64,000 nt of DNA, taken from NCBI GenBank assembly GCA_963804165.1, contig CAWDPO010000002.1:1-64000 (forward strand), given 5' to 3'. The position numbers and the translations under genes are program-made. Below are positions 1 through 9,524 of the stretch, in pieces. The notes beneath the pieces are model-generated. The model was not told the origin of the DNA, made no database searches, and saw only the letters and a program-made list of their open reading frames with translations. Within the stretch, counting starts at the first letter, position 1, and each line of letters opens with the position of its first letter. The DNA is from an uncultured delta proteobacterium (GTDB lineage: Bacteria > Desulfobacterota > Binatia > UBA9968).

Positions 1-357
1 CGGACCACGTGCGGGACCTCCTCCAGCAACGTGGCGACAGCCGGACGGGCCCTGGTTGGATGGGGAGAATCGGTAGAACAGGAGTGGGCAGCACGAATGG
101 CACTCGTAGTGCTCCACAAGACTGAGATGCTAAACGAACCTACGTTTCGGAGGCAGGAGGCGAACTGGTTGGCCATTTGTGACAACACGCCACGACCCTA
201 TCTCGACCTTCAATCTGCGCCTAGGTATCTTTGCGAGCGCTTGGTAGGCATCCGACGTCACCCTGTCGAGTTTGATCACGTCTTCATTGAACTCCCAAAC
301 AATCTTGTGATGGTTGCAGGCGCCCAAGCATATGCGGTACCACTTCATCGGCCTTAA
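1..357 (+). CDS. hypothetical protein, C-terminal part (probable integron cassette gene)
   Basis: Frame is open from base 1 to TAA at 355-357; no recognisable domain; it is the first of several same-strand small ORFs. Confidence 0.5.
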   Translation, partial: RTTCGTSSSNVATAGRALVGWGESVEQEWAARMALVVLHKTEMLNEPTFRRQEANWLAICDNTPRPYLDLQSAPRYLCERLVGIRRHPVEFDHVFIELPNNLVMVAGAQAYAVPLHRP

Positions 358-400
358 ACCTCTTCCGGCGGACCCGCACATGCTAAGATTAGGTTGATCG

Positions 401-800
401 ATGTGGAATCCCTTCAAAAAGACTGAGGAAGCACAACACCCTACGGCTGCTAGACTGAACGAGATCCTCGAGGGCATATGCTGAGGTTCTCAGCAACGAG
501 TCCAATCCTTGGCTTATGGATGAGTCGTGCCTGCCAGCAACCCAAAAAGAATTAAAGCTGGCGTTATTAGCAGTGCTTGCGAGTTCTACTACCGAAGAAG
601 AACGCGAGCGCTGGCGGTGCTGCTATCTGTACCTGGCGAGCTTCTTGCCGGGGGTTGGGCCAAAGGGGATCCAAGACTTTGATGCTCAGGATCACGACCG
701 GCTGCAGAGCCAGCTGGGGTGGACGGAAAAATTCGCGGAGGAATCGGATCGCCTGAAGGCAGAGCTCAGTCAAGATAGAAGCCAAGCTGCGCACCGATAA
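401..800 (+). CDS. hypothetical protein (one apparent frameshift near 470)
   Basis: ATG at 401 (MWNPFKKTEEAQHPTAARLNEIL) joins by one indel to ...AYAEVLSNESNPWLMDESCLPATQKELK... (ORF 516-800); followed by an attC-like site. Confidence 0.5.
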
Positions 801-837
801 ATTCATCTCAGTTCTTCAGTGGCTTCGTGATTTAAAA

Positions 838-887
838 CCCTAACCATTGGGTGAGATCGACAGAGCGGTTCACCCAAAACGTTAATA
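838..887 (+). repeat. attC-like integron recombination site (short)
   Basis: CCCTAAC-cattg-GGTGA(G)ATCG-acagag-CGGTTCACC-caaaac-GTTAATA: TAAC/GTTA core ends, 5/6-nt spacers, paired L boxes with one extrahelical base; RBS and ATG follow. Confidence 0.55.
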
Positions 888-915
888 TCGTGGAAATCTC
901 AGTGAGGACCAAAGA

Positions 916-1083
916 ATGCTGAAAACCTATGGCGGCTGTTGTCATTGCGGCGCGGTTCGTTTTGAGGCAGATATCGATCTGAGTGCTGCGACACGCTGTG
1001 ATAGTGATAGAGAAACGGTTTGTCCAGGTAATCAACAATGGCTTCTATTCGGATCAGTAAAGCTCGCCGGCACAAAATTCTGA
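916..1083 (+). pseudogene. GFA (glutathione-dependent formaldehyde-activating)/CENP-V family remnant, N-terminus only
   Basis: GAGGA RBS then MLKTYGGCCHCGAVRFEADIDLSAATRC, matching the GxCHCGAVRFE start of GFA proteins; similarity ends before the CNCSIC motif. Confidence 0.6.
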
Positions 1084-1111
1084 GGGAGCACCAATGAGAT
1101 AATTTTCTACT

Positions 1112-1536
1112 ATGGATCCGTCCAAAGAAACGGACAACAAGTTACGTTGGCAAGCCTGGGGAAGGCGGCGTTCTCTTCAAACTATACGTTCCCAAATGGC
1201 GTGTTCCGAAACCGTGGCCAGTTAGAATCGTTGTCAGGATCGACGACGATCCAAATTCGTTTCTCGCTGGCGCCTCCCTCCCGCGGGCCCGAGTCGGTGG
1301 AGACTGGGAATCTCGATGAACCCGTCGTTACCCTAGTCGCAAAGCATACAAAGCATACCACGACCGTTCGCTATACCCCGATTGATGATCCCGCAAACTG
1401 GGAGTTGGGCGAACCTTACATTCCATTCACCATTTTGAGGACACCGGTGCCGGAGCGGTTACGAATTGATGTTCGATTCATTGGGACCCAACCGCGGGTA
1501 CTTGGACTGAATAGGCTTAGTAGCAGGGCAGTTTAA
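1112..1536 (+). CDS. hypothetical protein (frameshifted; probable cassette gene)
   Basis: MDPSKETDNKLRWQAW / LFKLYVPKWRVPKPWPVRIVV / TVRYTPIDDPANWELGEPYIPF in successive frames; the stop codon lies inside the GTTTAAC inverse core of the next attC. Confidence 0.5.
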
Positions 1537-1614
1537 CCCGCCGCTGGACCCGATGGTCAGGTCAAGGGATTGATGATTCTACTCCGAATACGGCTCACCG
1601 GCATAACGTTAGGT
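1531..1614 (+). repeat. attC-like integron recombination site
   Basis: GTTTAAC (RYYYAAC) ... GTTAGGT (GTTRRRY), 84 bp; GCCGCTGGACCCG pairs imperfectly with CGGCTCACCGGC; immediately followed by GGAG RBS and ATG at 1631. Confidence 0.6.
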
Positions 1615-1630
1615 TCCGCAGGAGTGACTT

Positions 1631-2078
1631 ATGTTCTGGCGAATGGAAAGCCAAGTCCTGAAGATAAAAAGCCTGTACGAGACCAACACAAACTGTTGGA
1701 GGCTACGCCTGCCGCTGGCGACAAGCGAGCCGAGATTGTTCTTTCGTTGATTGCAGTTGCCGACGAGGCACTGAAGATGCGCGAGTCGCTTGCGAAAATA
1801 TTGGAAATCTACGAGAACCGATTCAACGAAATCCTAGAGGATGCGTCGCTGTACTTTCCCGTCGATCTTGCGGTGAAACCAGGGAACTGCACGAGTATTG
1901 AGAAGATTTCAAGGATGTTGAGGCGTCGTTTCACGTACCTGCAGCTTCGGCAAAGATCGCTCCTCACTTTCCAAAAACAACGGTAGAACGATGGAACGCA
2001 ACTCCCCCGAGACCGAACGAACCCGGCGAGACCGCATTTTATCATACCAAACTTTCGCGAGCACAAGATGTCCCATGA
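1631..2078 (+). CDS. hypothetical alpha-helical protein (frameshifted; 3' end uncertain, 1986 or 2078)
   Basis: GGAG RBS + ATG at 1631 (MFWRMESQVLKIKSLYETNT) continues by an indel into ORF 1570-1986 (KLLEATPAAGDKRAEIVLSLIAVADEALK...); an alternative frame runs to a TGA overlapping the ATG at 2075. Confidence 0.45.
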
Positions 2079-2538
2079 TCTCAGACATTGATGTTTATTC
2101 GCTATCACTCAGGAGGCTTTCGCCGAGATGAACCGGCTATTTAAGGCTCTTCTCGAACTCCAAAGCCCCACGGCGAGCCTGGGCACATCATTTCCTTTGA
2201 CCCTGATAGACGGTCTTTTAAACAAGCTCTCATCGTCATTGCTTTTGCCGCAAGTACTAGGGGCGCTCATATATAGTCTGGCCTTCAAGCGATACGGTCA
2301 CGAAGAAGCGTTAAAGATCGACCGACTATTATGAGCAACTAGGCTCGACTGGGAATCAACAGACAAGACTTCTCGATAGCGCTAAAGAGTTTCGCAACGC
2401 GCGCAAAGAATTGATACACGAAAAGGCAATTGAGGTGAGCGAGATGGGCGGCACAAAAATAGCCTTCGCGCAGACAGTGGCAACTGAGCTGTCAAGTTGA
2501 TCCACCAAGTTCGCCAGCAGCTCGAAAATCGTCCGTAA
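2075..2538 (+). CDS. HEPN-like protein (several indels)
   Basis: Stitched translation MISDIDVY.AITQEAFAEMNRLF..SRTPKPHGEPGHIISFDPDRRSFKQALIVIAFAA...ALIYSLAFKRYGHEEALKIDRL...LLDSAKEFRNARKELIHEK; Rx4H motif (RKELIH) at 2402-2419. Confidence 0.5.
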
Positions 2539-2610
2539 CTATGCTTTTAAGCCAAAATCACCTCTGGTTTGGCATAATTTTCGAAATTCGCCGAAATGAG
2601 TCTGCCGTCA

Positions 2611-2630
2611 AGGAGGCGTTAACGCCTCCT
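2611..2630. repeat. perfect 20-bp palindrome AGGAGGCGTTAACGCCTCCT
   Basis: Directly visible; identical to its own reverse complement. Confidence 0.8.
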
Positions 2631-2830
2631 CAAACCGCTCTATCAGAGCGGATCGATCGTTCCAGCCTACAATAGCGTCACCCACACTGCCAGAATGAAC
2701 CCGATCTCCCAAACCTCGACACAAGCATTGACCTCTTTTCGTCACTACCGGGTTCACTGTGGTTTATATGACCCAGCCCGTGTTGTCCGTGATCGAAAAG
2801 GAATTGGCCGTCGATGCGCGCCCCGCTTAG

Positions 2831-3244
2831 TTGTTCATGTTGATGGTTATTTTCGGTATCGCGCTGGCCAACCTGCGTTCGGCATGCTGGGTCGTCGATA
2901 AGTACGGCGGCACCGACCCCTTACTCACCATCACGATTTGCTTAAAGCGACCGGGGGATGTGCCGTTCGGCACCAAGCTAACGGAACCTAAAAGCAGTGC
3001 AACAAAAATGGCTCCCTGGTTGCCTCACCGGGATCCTCTCGGTCGATATTTTCAAGGAACCGTTTCACATCGAGGTTCTGCAGGGAGAGAAAAAGACAGC
3101 TTCCAAACCTCAGGCGCCTTCCTTTTTAGTGAGATGGGTCACGTACCCCTCTGTGCCCGAACCTTTGGCTGGAACAACTCACGTTTCGAGATCGTCGATA
3201 TCGATGGCAAGCAAATGAACAAGGTGCTCGTGTCGGGGCGATGA
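2831..3244 (+). pseudogene. HlyC/CorC (hemolysin, CBS/transporter-associated domain) family remnant
   Basis: Fragments VVDKYGG..LLT..DLLKA..GDVP, GILSVDIFKEPFHIEVLQGE and FQTSGAFLFSEMGHVP...FGWNNSRFEIVDIDGKQMNKVLV resemble the CBS end and CorC_HlyC domain; most of the N-terminal part is missing. Confidence 0.65.
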
Positions 3245-3421
3245 AGAGCGTGCAAGGAAATATTCCAAAAAACATTTCATTTCTTGAGAATTAAACCGGC
3301 AAGCTTACAACAAGGCAATTTGCCTATCGTGACATTGCCCATGCACGTCGGGTTAACCGTATTAATCGTCGTTTTTTGGGTCATAGCAATAACCGCTCCA
3401 TGAAATTTTCGTTCACAAGGC

Positions 3422-3450
3422 TTGACATTCGATGGTATCGGGCTGATATT
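3422..3450 (+). promoter_or_regulatory. putative sigma70 promoter giving a near-leaderless transcript
   Basis: TTGACA-17 nt-GATATT; ATG at 3460 is only 9 nt after the -10 box and has no SD. Confidence 0.5.
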
Positions 3451-3459
3451 CTCCAGCCA

Positions 3460-3765
3460 ATGTTCAAAAAACCATCTGGCCGTAGTGCTCGTATTCTGCT
3501 GGGTCGTTCTCTCTCGCTTAGATCTACTAGAAGATCTAAAGTTGGAATCGGAACACAGCGGTTACAGTCAGAGGGCAAGTCTCTCTCGCCAAATTGGATC
3601 CAGCATGCCGGCCTGGCAAATAACATCCTGGAATCGGCAATTGATGCTTATGCATTTTATACTCCGTTTCTTCGACTGAATCTCTCTCAGTCCTCTATTC
3701 GCCCCGTCTCGTCATCGCATAAGGTCTTAGAACTCCACAAGTTGCATCGGGTCTTTCTCATTTAA
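3460..3765 (+). CDS. small protein with hydrophobic N-terminus and C-terminal LHKLHRVFLI; candidate regulatory upstream ORF
   Basis: ATG 3460 is in frame with the stop at 3765. Two compensating indels (A6 run at ~3466 and ~3567) give MFKNHLAVVLVFCWVVLSRLDLLEDLKLESEHSGY.QSEGKSLSPNWIQHAGLANNILESA...KVLELHKLHRVFLI. Confidence 0.6.
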   Translation: MFKKPSGRSARILLGRSLSLRSTRRSKVGIGTQRLQSEGKSLSPNWIQHAGLANNILESAIDAYAFYTPFLRLNLSQSSIRPVSSSHKVLELHKLHRVFLI

Positions 3766-3938
3766 ACCCATTTTTCGGTTTCCTTCGCATCTTAATCAAT
3801 TATCGGGGGCTGAATGAACTCTATCCAGAACCACCCATAGATTTTTTGATGCGATATTTAATTCCCTTTTTGACTTCACTCTAAAATGACGTCGTGATCG
3901 TTAGCTCAGAATCACCACGTTGAGAGAAGGATATCCGG

Positions 3939-5486
3939 ATGGAAACATCTCTCTTCACCGCAGCCGCTCAGGCTTTGTGAACTTGCTGCGACTCAAAGTT
4001 TCTTCGCCATGCTCATTGGGGTAAGCATCGGCACGTTCACCGCCGTGGCGCCGCAGGGTTCGGGCATGCCCCTGGTCTATGCGATCACGCTTCCGATAGT
4101 TATCAAATGGGAACCCCTCACCGGCATTGCGCTATTAATCGGAGCCAGCTCGGTCAGCGCGATTTGCGCCGCGTATTTGCCAATCCTTTTCGGTATCCCA
4201 GGCGGTTCCAGCTCGCAGGCCACCGTGCTCGATGGCTACCCGATGGGAAAGAAAGGCGAAGGACGGCGTGCCCTAGGCGCGTCTTTTATGGCTGGGGCTT
4301 AGGATGTCTGATCGGCACCTTCACCCTGGCCGCGGCAATTCCCGCTGCGCGACCGATCATTTATCTCATGGGCTCGCCGGAGCTTTTCGTCGTTATGCTC
4401 TGGGGCTTGAGCATGGTCGCTGTGCTCGCGGGACGGCGTCCTATTAAAGGATTGATCGCAGCTGCATTCGGTCTCCTGCTCGCAACTGTCGGCCAGCAGG
4501 CGCAGAGCGGCGTCATGCGCTACGTCTTCGACGTACCCTATTTGCTCGATGGCATTTCGATAAGCATCATCGCGCTCGCGCTGTTCGGCGTTCCCTCAGC
4601 CTTGGACTTAGCGCTCACCAAGCTCGGCGTTGAGCAGCAACCGGTGCCGCTCAAGGGAAGTTAATTGGATGGCGCGAGGACGCCTTACGTGAGTGGTGGC
4701 TTGTCGTGCGCTGCAGTTTCGTCGGCGTATGGGTGGGATCGTACCGGGACTCGGCTCCCAAGTCGTCGACTGGCTGGCTTACGGCCATGCGGCCCAGAGT
4801 TGCAAAGGCGGACGACAGACGTTTGGCAAAGGCGATGTGCGAGGCGTTATTGCACCGGAAAGCGCCAACGATGCCAAAGACGGCGGCGACCTGGTTACGA
4901 CCTTGATTCTCGGTTTCCTCAGGGTGTTGTGACCGCGCTCTTTATCGTCGCGTTGCTCGCCTGGGGCTATCTTCCCGGGCCTGAACTTGTGACGAAAAAT
5001 CCAGAGATTATTTACAGCATCGTTTGGTTGCAAGGAATATCTGGCATCATCGGTACATTGATCGGCTTCGGCTTGGCCGCGCAGCTCGCCAAGCTGGCTG
5101 AGGTTCGCTACTCCTTCATGGTTCCCATCATGTTTATTTTTATCCTGATGGGAGCCTTTAGCGTCAATCGCGATCCGGCAGATCTAATCGTCGTTGTCGC
5201 TTTCGGCCTCCTGGGATATTTCATGCGTCGCTACGGGTATCCAAGGCCAGCAATGATTCTCGGTTTGGTTCTCGGCGATTTGATGGAAAAATATCTATAT
5301 CGCTCCGTGGCAAGCTATGGCTTCACCTGGCTCGGACGCCCGGCGGTCATCACGCTGCTGTTCTTGGCAACGGCGTCATTGTTTTTCACCGTGCGCGGCA
5401 GAATGAAAGCAAATACGAAAGCGAGTGATGAAGAATCTGCGGTCTCCTTTACCGGCGCCATGGCGAGGTCTGAAGATGAAACTTGA
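3939..5486 (+). CDS. tctA: tripartite tricarboxylate transporter large permease TctA (about 4 frameshifts)
   Basis: Motifs GIPGGSSSQATVLDGYPMGKKGEGRRALGAS, GSPELF, APESANDAKDGG and GYPRPAMILGLVLG across ORFs 4009-4302, 4107-4664, 4693-4932 and 4665-5486. Confidence 0.85.
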
Positions 5487-5580
5487 CTTGACTTTTTTTG
5501 GTTTTTTTGTCGGCGCCACAATTCTCGGATGGCATTGGCCGAATACTGAGAAAATCACGCCCGTCTACGCGCGGCTACTA
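5476..5580 (+). pseudogene. probable truncated TctB small permease N-terminus
   Basis: ATG overlapping the tctA stop gives MKLDLTFFGFFVGATILGWHWPNTEKITP (one TM helix then WP...P); similarity then lost. Confidence 0.35.
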
Positions 5581-5628
5581 CAACTTAGATGGCGTTGTCA
5601 GTGGTATCCAACGACTTATTCTGCATTC

Positions 5629-5694
5629 GTCGAAAAAATGTTTCGACTTCTCACGGCAAACACAGTTGACGCTCATGCCAATATTAAAATATTG
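5629..5694 (+). promoter_or_regulatory. inverted repeats and promoter-like sequence upstream of the second tctA
   Basis: GTCGAAA-n5-TTTCGAC (5629-5647), TTGACG (5666-5671) and CAATATT-aa-AATATTG (5679-5694). Confidence 0.35.
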
Positions 5695-5732
5695 CGCATG
5701 CTCCAAGGAATTCGCAGTCAAAGGAGATCCAT

Positions 5733-7232
5733 ATGCTTGAGGCTTTTATCTCAGGATTTTGGCAAGTACTCGCATGGCCAGCCTTTGGCTACATGCTTCT
5801 CGGTATCGCTATCGGCTTTTGGGTAGGTCTTCTTCCCGGCATCGGCGGCCTCTCGACATTGGCGCTGATGTTGCCATTTTCCTACAACATTAAAGAACCG
5901 ATTTCGGCGTTTGCTTTTCTTCTCGGCATGCTCGCCGTTACGGGCACCACTGGCGATTTAACCTCCGTTCTTTTTGGGATCCCCGGGGAGGGATCTTCGG
6001 CCGCCTTGATACTCGACGGCTATCCCATGTCGAAAAACGGCGAGGCTGGGCGTGCCTTGGGCGCGGCGATCATGAGCTCGGTGGTAGGCGCTATAATCGG
6101 CGCGCTGTCTCTCGCACTCTCGATTCCGATCATGCGCCCGCTCGTGCTGCTCTTCGGCTCCCCGGAGCTTTTTATCATCGCGATCATGGGCATAACCTTT
6201 ATCGGCACCCTGGCTGGAACATCTTTGATCAAGGGGCTTTTGGCCGGCGGTATTGGCTTGATGCTGGCGGCCATCGGCGTCGATCCGCAGACCGGCTCCC
6301 TCCGATACACCTTTGGCTCTCTGTATCTGTGGGACCGCCTGGACATTATTCCGGTCGTCGTCGGCATGTTTGCGATTCCCGAAATCGTTGATTTGGCTGT
6401 GCGCGGCACCAGCATCGCGAGCGGAAGCCCAGGGAAACTCACCGGCGTGATGGAAGGCGTCAAAGACACCTTTCGCCACTTCTGGCTGGTGGTCCGCTGT
6501 AGCTTGATCGGTGTTTACTTCGGCGTCCTTCCCGTTCTGGGCGCCAACGTCGCCCAATGGATTTCCTACGCGCACGCGGTGGCTGGTTTAAAAGACAAAT
6601 CGCGCGCCGGCAAAGGTGCAGTCGAAGGCCTGCTCGGTCCAGGCACCGCGAATAATTCAACCCGTGGCGGAGACTTGATTCCGACCCTTGCCTTCGGTAT
6701 TCCCGGCAGCGGCTCTATGGCGCTGCTGCTCGGCGCCATGTTGATCGTCGGTCTCAATCCCGGTCCCGAGATGCTCAAGTCGCGCCTTGACGTGACTTTC
6801 TCGATGGTCTGGGTATTGATTATCTCCAACATCATCGTGGCTGGGTTGTGTTTCTTGATCTTGAATCATCTGGCGGCTTTGACGTTCATTCGCGGCACCT
6901 TGTTGATTCCGTTCTTGATGTTTCTGGTTTTCATCGGCTCGTTCACCGCGAACAACGATCTCAACGACGTCATCACCACGCTGATCTTCGGCTTTATCGG
7001 TTTTTGCATGGTCAAGTTCGGCTGGCCGCGGCCGCCGTTGATACTGGGGCTCACCCTCGGCAAGATCGCGGAAAATTATCTGTGGATTTCTACTGCCGCC
7101 TACGGCGCCAAATGGCTTATGTTCCCGACGGTCATTGGGCTCATTGCGCTCACCATCTTCACCGTGGCCTATCCGACGATCAAAGAACGCATGGGCAAAG
7201 CCAAATACGAACGCCCGGAAGACGCGGTTTAA
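5733..7232 (+). CDS. tctA: tripartite tricarboxylate transporter large permease TctA
   Basis: 499 aa, AAGGAG RBS; GLLPGIGG, GIPGEGSSAALILDGYPM, IPTLAFGIPGSGSMALLLGAM, GWPRPPLILGL. Confidence 0.92.
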   Translation: MLEAFISGFWQVLAWPAFGYMLLGIAIGFWVGLLPGIGGLSTLALMLPFSYNIKEPISAFAFLLGMLAVTGTTGDLTSVLFGIPGEGSSAALILDGYPMSKNGEAGRALGAAIMSSVVGAIIGALSLALSIPIMRPLVLLFGSPELFIIAIMGITFIGTLAGTSLIKGLLAGGIGLMLAAIGVDPQTGSLRYTFGSLYLWDRLDIIPVVVGMFAIPEIVDLAVRGTSIASGSPGKLTGVMEGVKDTFRHFWLVVRCSLIGVYFGVLPVLGANVAQWISYAHAVAGLKDKSRAGKGAVEGLLGPGTANNSTRGGDLIPTLAFGIPGSGSMALLLGAMLIVGLNPGPEMLKSRLDVTFSMVWVLIISNIIVAGLCFLILNHLAALTFIRGTLLIPFLMFLVFIGSFTANNDLNDVITTLIFGFIGFCMVKFGWPRPPLILGLTLGKIAENYLWISTAAYGAKWLMFPTVIGLIALTIFTVAYPTIKERMGKAKYERPEDAV

Positions 7233-7546
7233 TTACCCTTACCACCGAGACGTGCGAGGCCGGCAGAATTACCACGCTGTCCGTATAATCTCCTCTGCGA
7301 GTACATTCTCGCTCCCCTTCGGACTTCACTGGTGTACTATAACAAGTGCCAAGCAAGGAAAGTTTTCCACGCTTAAGACCGCCCCGTCAATCTACATAAC
7401 TAAGCCATGGCTGTGATTATGTTGGACGAAAAAACAAAGAACGATAGAAGTGTAATAATCTATCAAAAGACTTCGGCCAGCTAGCACAAGCGAAAAAAGC
7501 TGTCTTTAACGGCAGACTACTCCCGTCAATTCTTGCATAAGCCAAG

Positions 7547-9524
7547 ATGAAGTCGCTTCCGTGTAATCTTGATATTCACCGGCTACCTCATGGGGTCCGG
7601 TTGATGTCAGGCGCAGGCCTGGCTTCGATCTTAGACATTGCAATTTTTTACGGGTTATCTGCCAATGGCTTTACGACCGTCACGACCAATCTGCTTAGCT
7701 TTACTTTGGGAACGCTTTTAGGCTACTCGCTGATCGCGCGAGGAATATTCGCGCACACCTCTGCGGTTGCGGTCGATGACCTGCATGTCCGAGTTCTTTA
7801 TGGCCGCTTCGCCATTATTTTTTTACTGGCGCTTTTTTTTCGCGGCATCCTCTTTCCCCGTTTACTGGAAAGCTCATATTGGCCGTCTCAACCGGCCATT
7901 CTCGTGGCCGCTTTCGCGGCGCATCTCGTCCAGTTCTTCGGCGTGATCACAGTCGTGTTTGCGCAGGGTTCGTGGATATCTCCATCGCCGAATCATTGGC
8001 GACGACTCGCGATCGTAGTTGTCGGGTATACCGTTGCGTTCAGGCTAGCTGCAATGGGTCCGGTGAATTTGATCCCCGAGGAAGCCTACTATTGGAACTA
8101 CGCGCAGAACTTGGACTGGAGTTACCTCGATCACCCACCGATGGTTGCCTGGCTCATCTGGATCTCGACGGCGTTGTTTGGGAGATCAGAATTTGCCGTT
8201 CGTCTGCCAGCGTTAATCTCCTGGACCTTTGCGGCCGGATTCATTTTTCGCTTGACCGCCAACGTCTTCGACCGGAACGCCGCGTTCCGTTGTCTTTTGC
8301 TGATGGCCGTCTTGCCGTTGTATTTTGGTTTTGGCTTTTTCATGACCCCCGATGCGCCGCTTTTCGCCGCGTGGGCGGGCTGCCTCTTTTATCTGTACCG
8401 TGCCTTGATCGCCCAAAGCCGTGGCTCCTGGTTTGGGGTGGCTTTATGCATGGGAGTGGGGTTACTGTCGAAATATACGATCTTGTTGCTGGCGTTCACC
8501 ACCGCGGGTTTTTTGCTCGTTGACCGACGGTCTAGGCAGTGGTGGTTTCGCGTTGAACCTTATCTCGCGGCGCTTCTTTCCGGAGCCATTTTTCTGCCCG
8601 TACTGATCTGGAACGCCGAGTGGGATGGGCCTCGTTTGTCTTTCAAGGCCCTCGTCGCTGGTCGGACAATTTTGATTTTTCACTGACTTTCCTGATTGGC
8701 TCCATTCTGCTGGTGCTCACTCCCCTGGGTGTGGCGGCAGTTGCCCAAACTCTTCTGCCACCGGCGACGGACAACACCGTGCCGGGTCAAGAGACGCCGG
8801 ACTATCGACGTCAATGGCTGTTTGGTTCGATGTTCACGCTCGTGCCACTATCCGTATTTTTGCTTTTTAGCTTCCTCCACCAACCTAAACTCAACTGGAC
8901 GGCCCCCCTCTGGCTAGCGATTATTCCGTGGGTAGCGCAAACCATGGGCCGGAGGTTCAACCCACCGGGAAAATATTTCTGCTCGTGCGGCGGCTATGGG
9001 TGCCGAATCTGACGGCGCTCCTTCTCTTATTGAGCGCCGGGTTCTACTACATCAATTTGGGTCTACCGTGGGCGGGAGCGATGTCAGAGGGCCGGCTCCT
9101 GGGACCGTGGAAAGTGGTGGGGATGAAAATCGATGCGCTCCAACGAAAGATCGAGGTTGAAACCGGCGCCAAAGCTCTAGTGGTTGGAATGGACAGGTAT
9201 ATGATCACCAGCGAGCTGGCTTTCTACGATCAACTGGACGGCAACAGATTCAAGAACGGTGGTGGAACTCACTTTTTCGGTGATCGAGGTCTCATGTGGG
9301 GGTATTGGTTTCCTAGCTCCGCTCAGGTCAGCAGAACCATTATCCTGGTGGATTTGCGCGCCGAGAGATTAACGAGGCGTCCCTACCATAAGTTTTTTGA
9401 GCGTATGACGGACACCTTCACGGAAACTCTAGAGATCGACGGGCGAAATGTCGGACAACTTTACTGGCGCATCGGCTATGGCTACCGAGGCCCGCCCTCT
9501 GCGGCCAGTAGTCCAACCAACTGA
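7547..9524 (+). CDS. GtrA-like domain fused to a GT39/ArnT-type membrane glycosyltransferase (frameshifts ~8620, ~8960)
   Basis: N-terminal 4-TM GtrA-like segment, then PEEAYYWNYAQNLDWSYLDHPPMVAWLI, MTPDAP, GLLSKYT and KLNWTAPLWL. Confidence 0.8.

Noticed and set aside
350-395. Third attC site after the first ORF
   Set aside because: Only loose resemblance (GCCTTAAAC ... GATTAGGT), too short and no convincing L-box pairing; may be degraded but cannot be supported.
2570-2584. sigma54 promoter TGGCATAATTTTCGA
   Set aside because: The -12 GC is absent (GA) and no intact gene follows.
2831-3244. Flp pilus CpaB/SAF-domain gene (GDVPFGTKLTE)
   Set aside because: Surrounding fragments fit the HlyC/CorC C-terminus much better.
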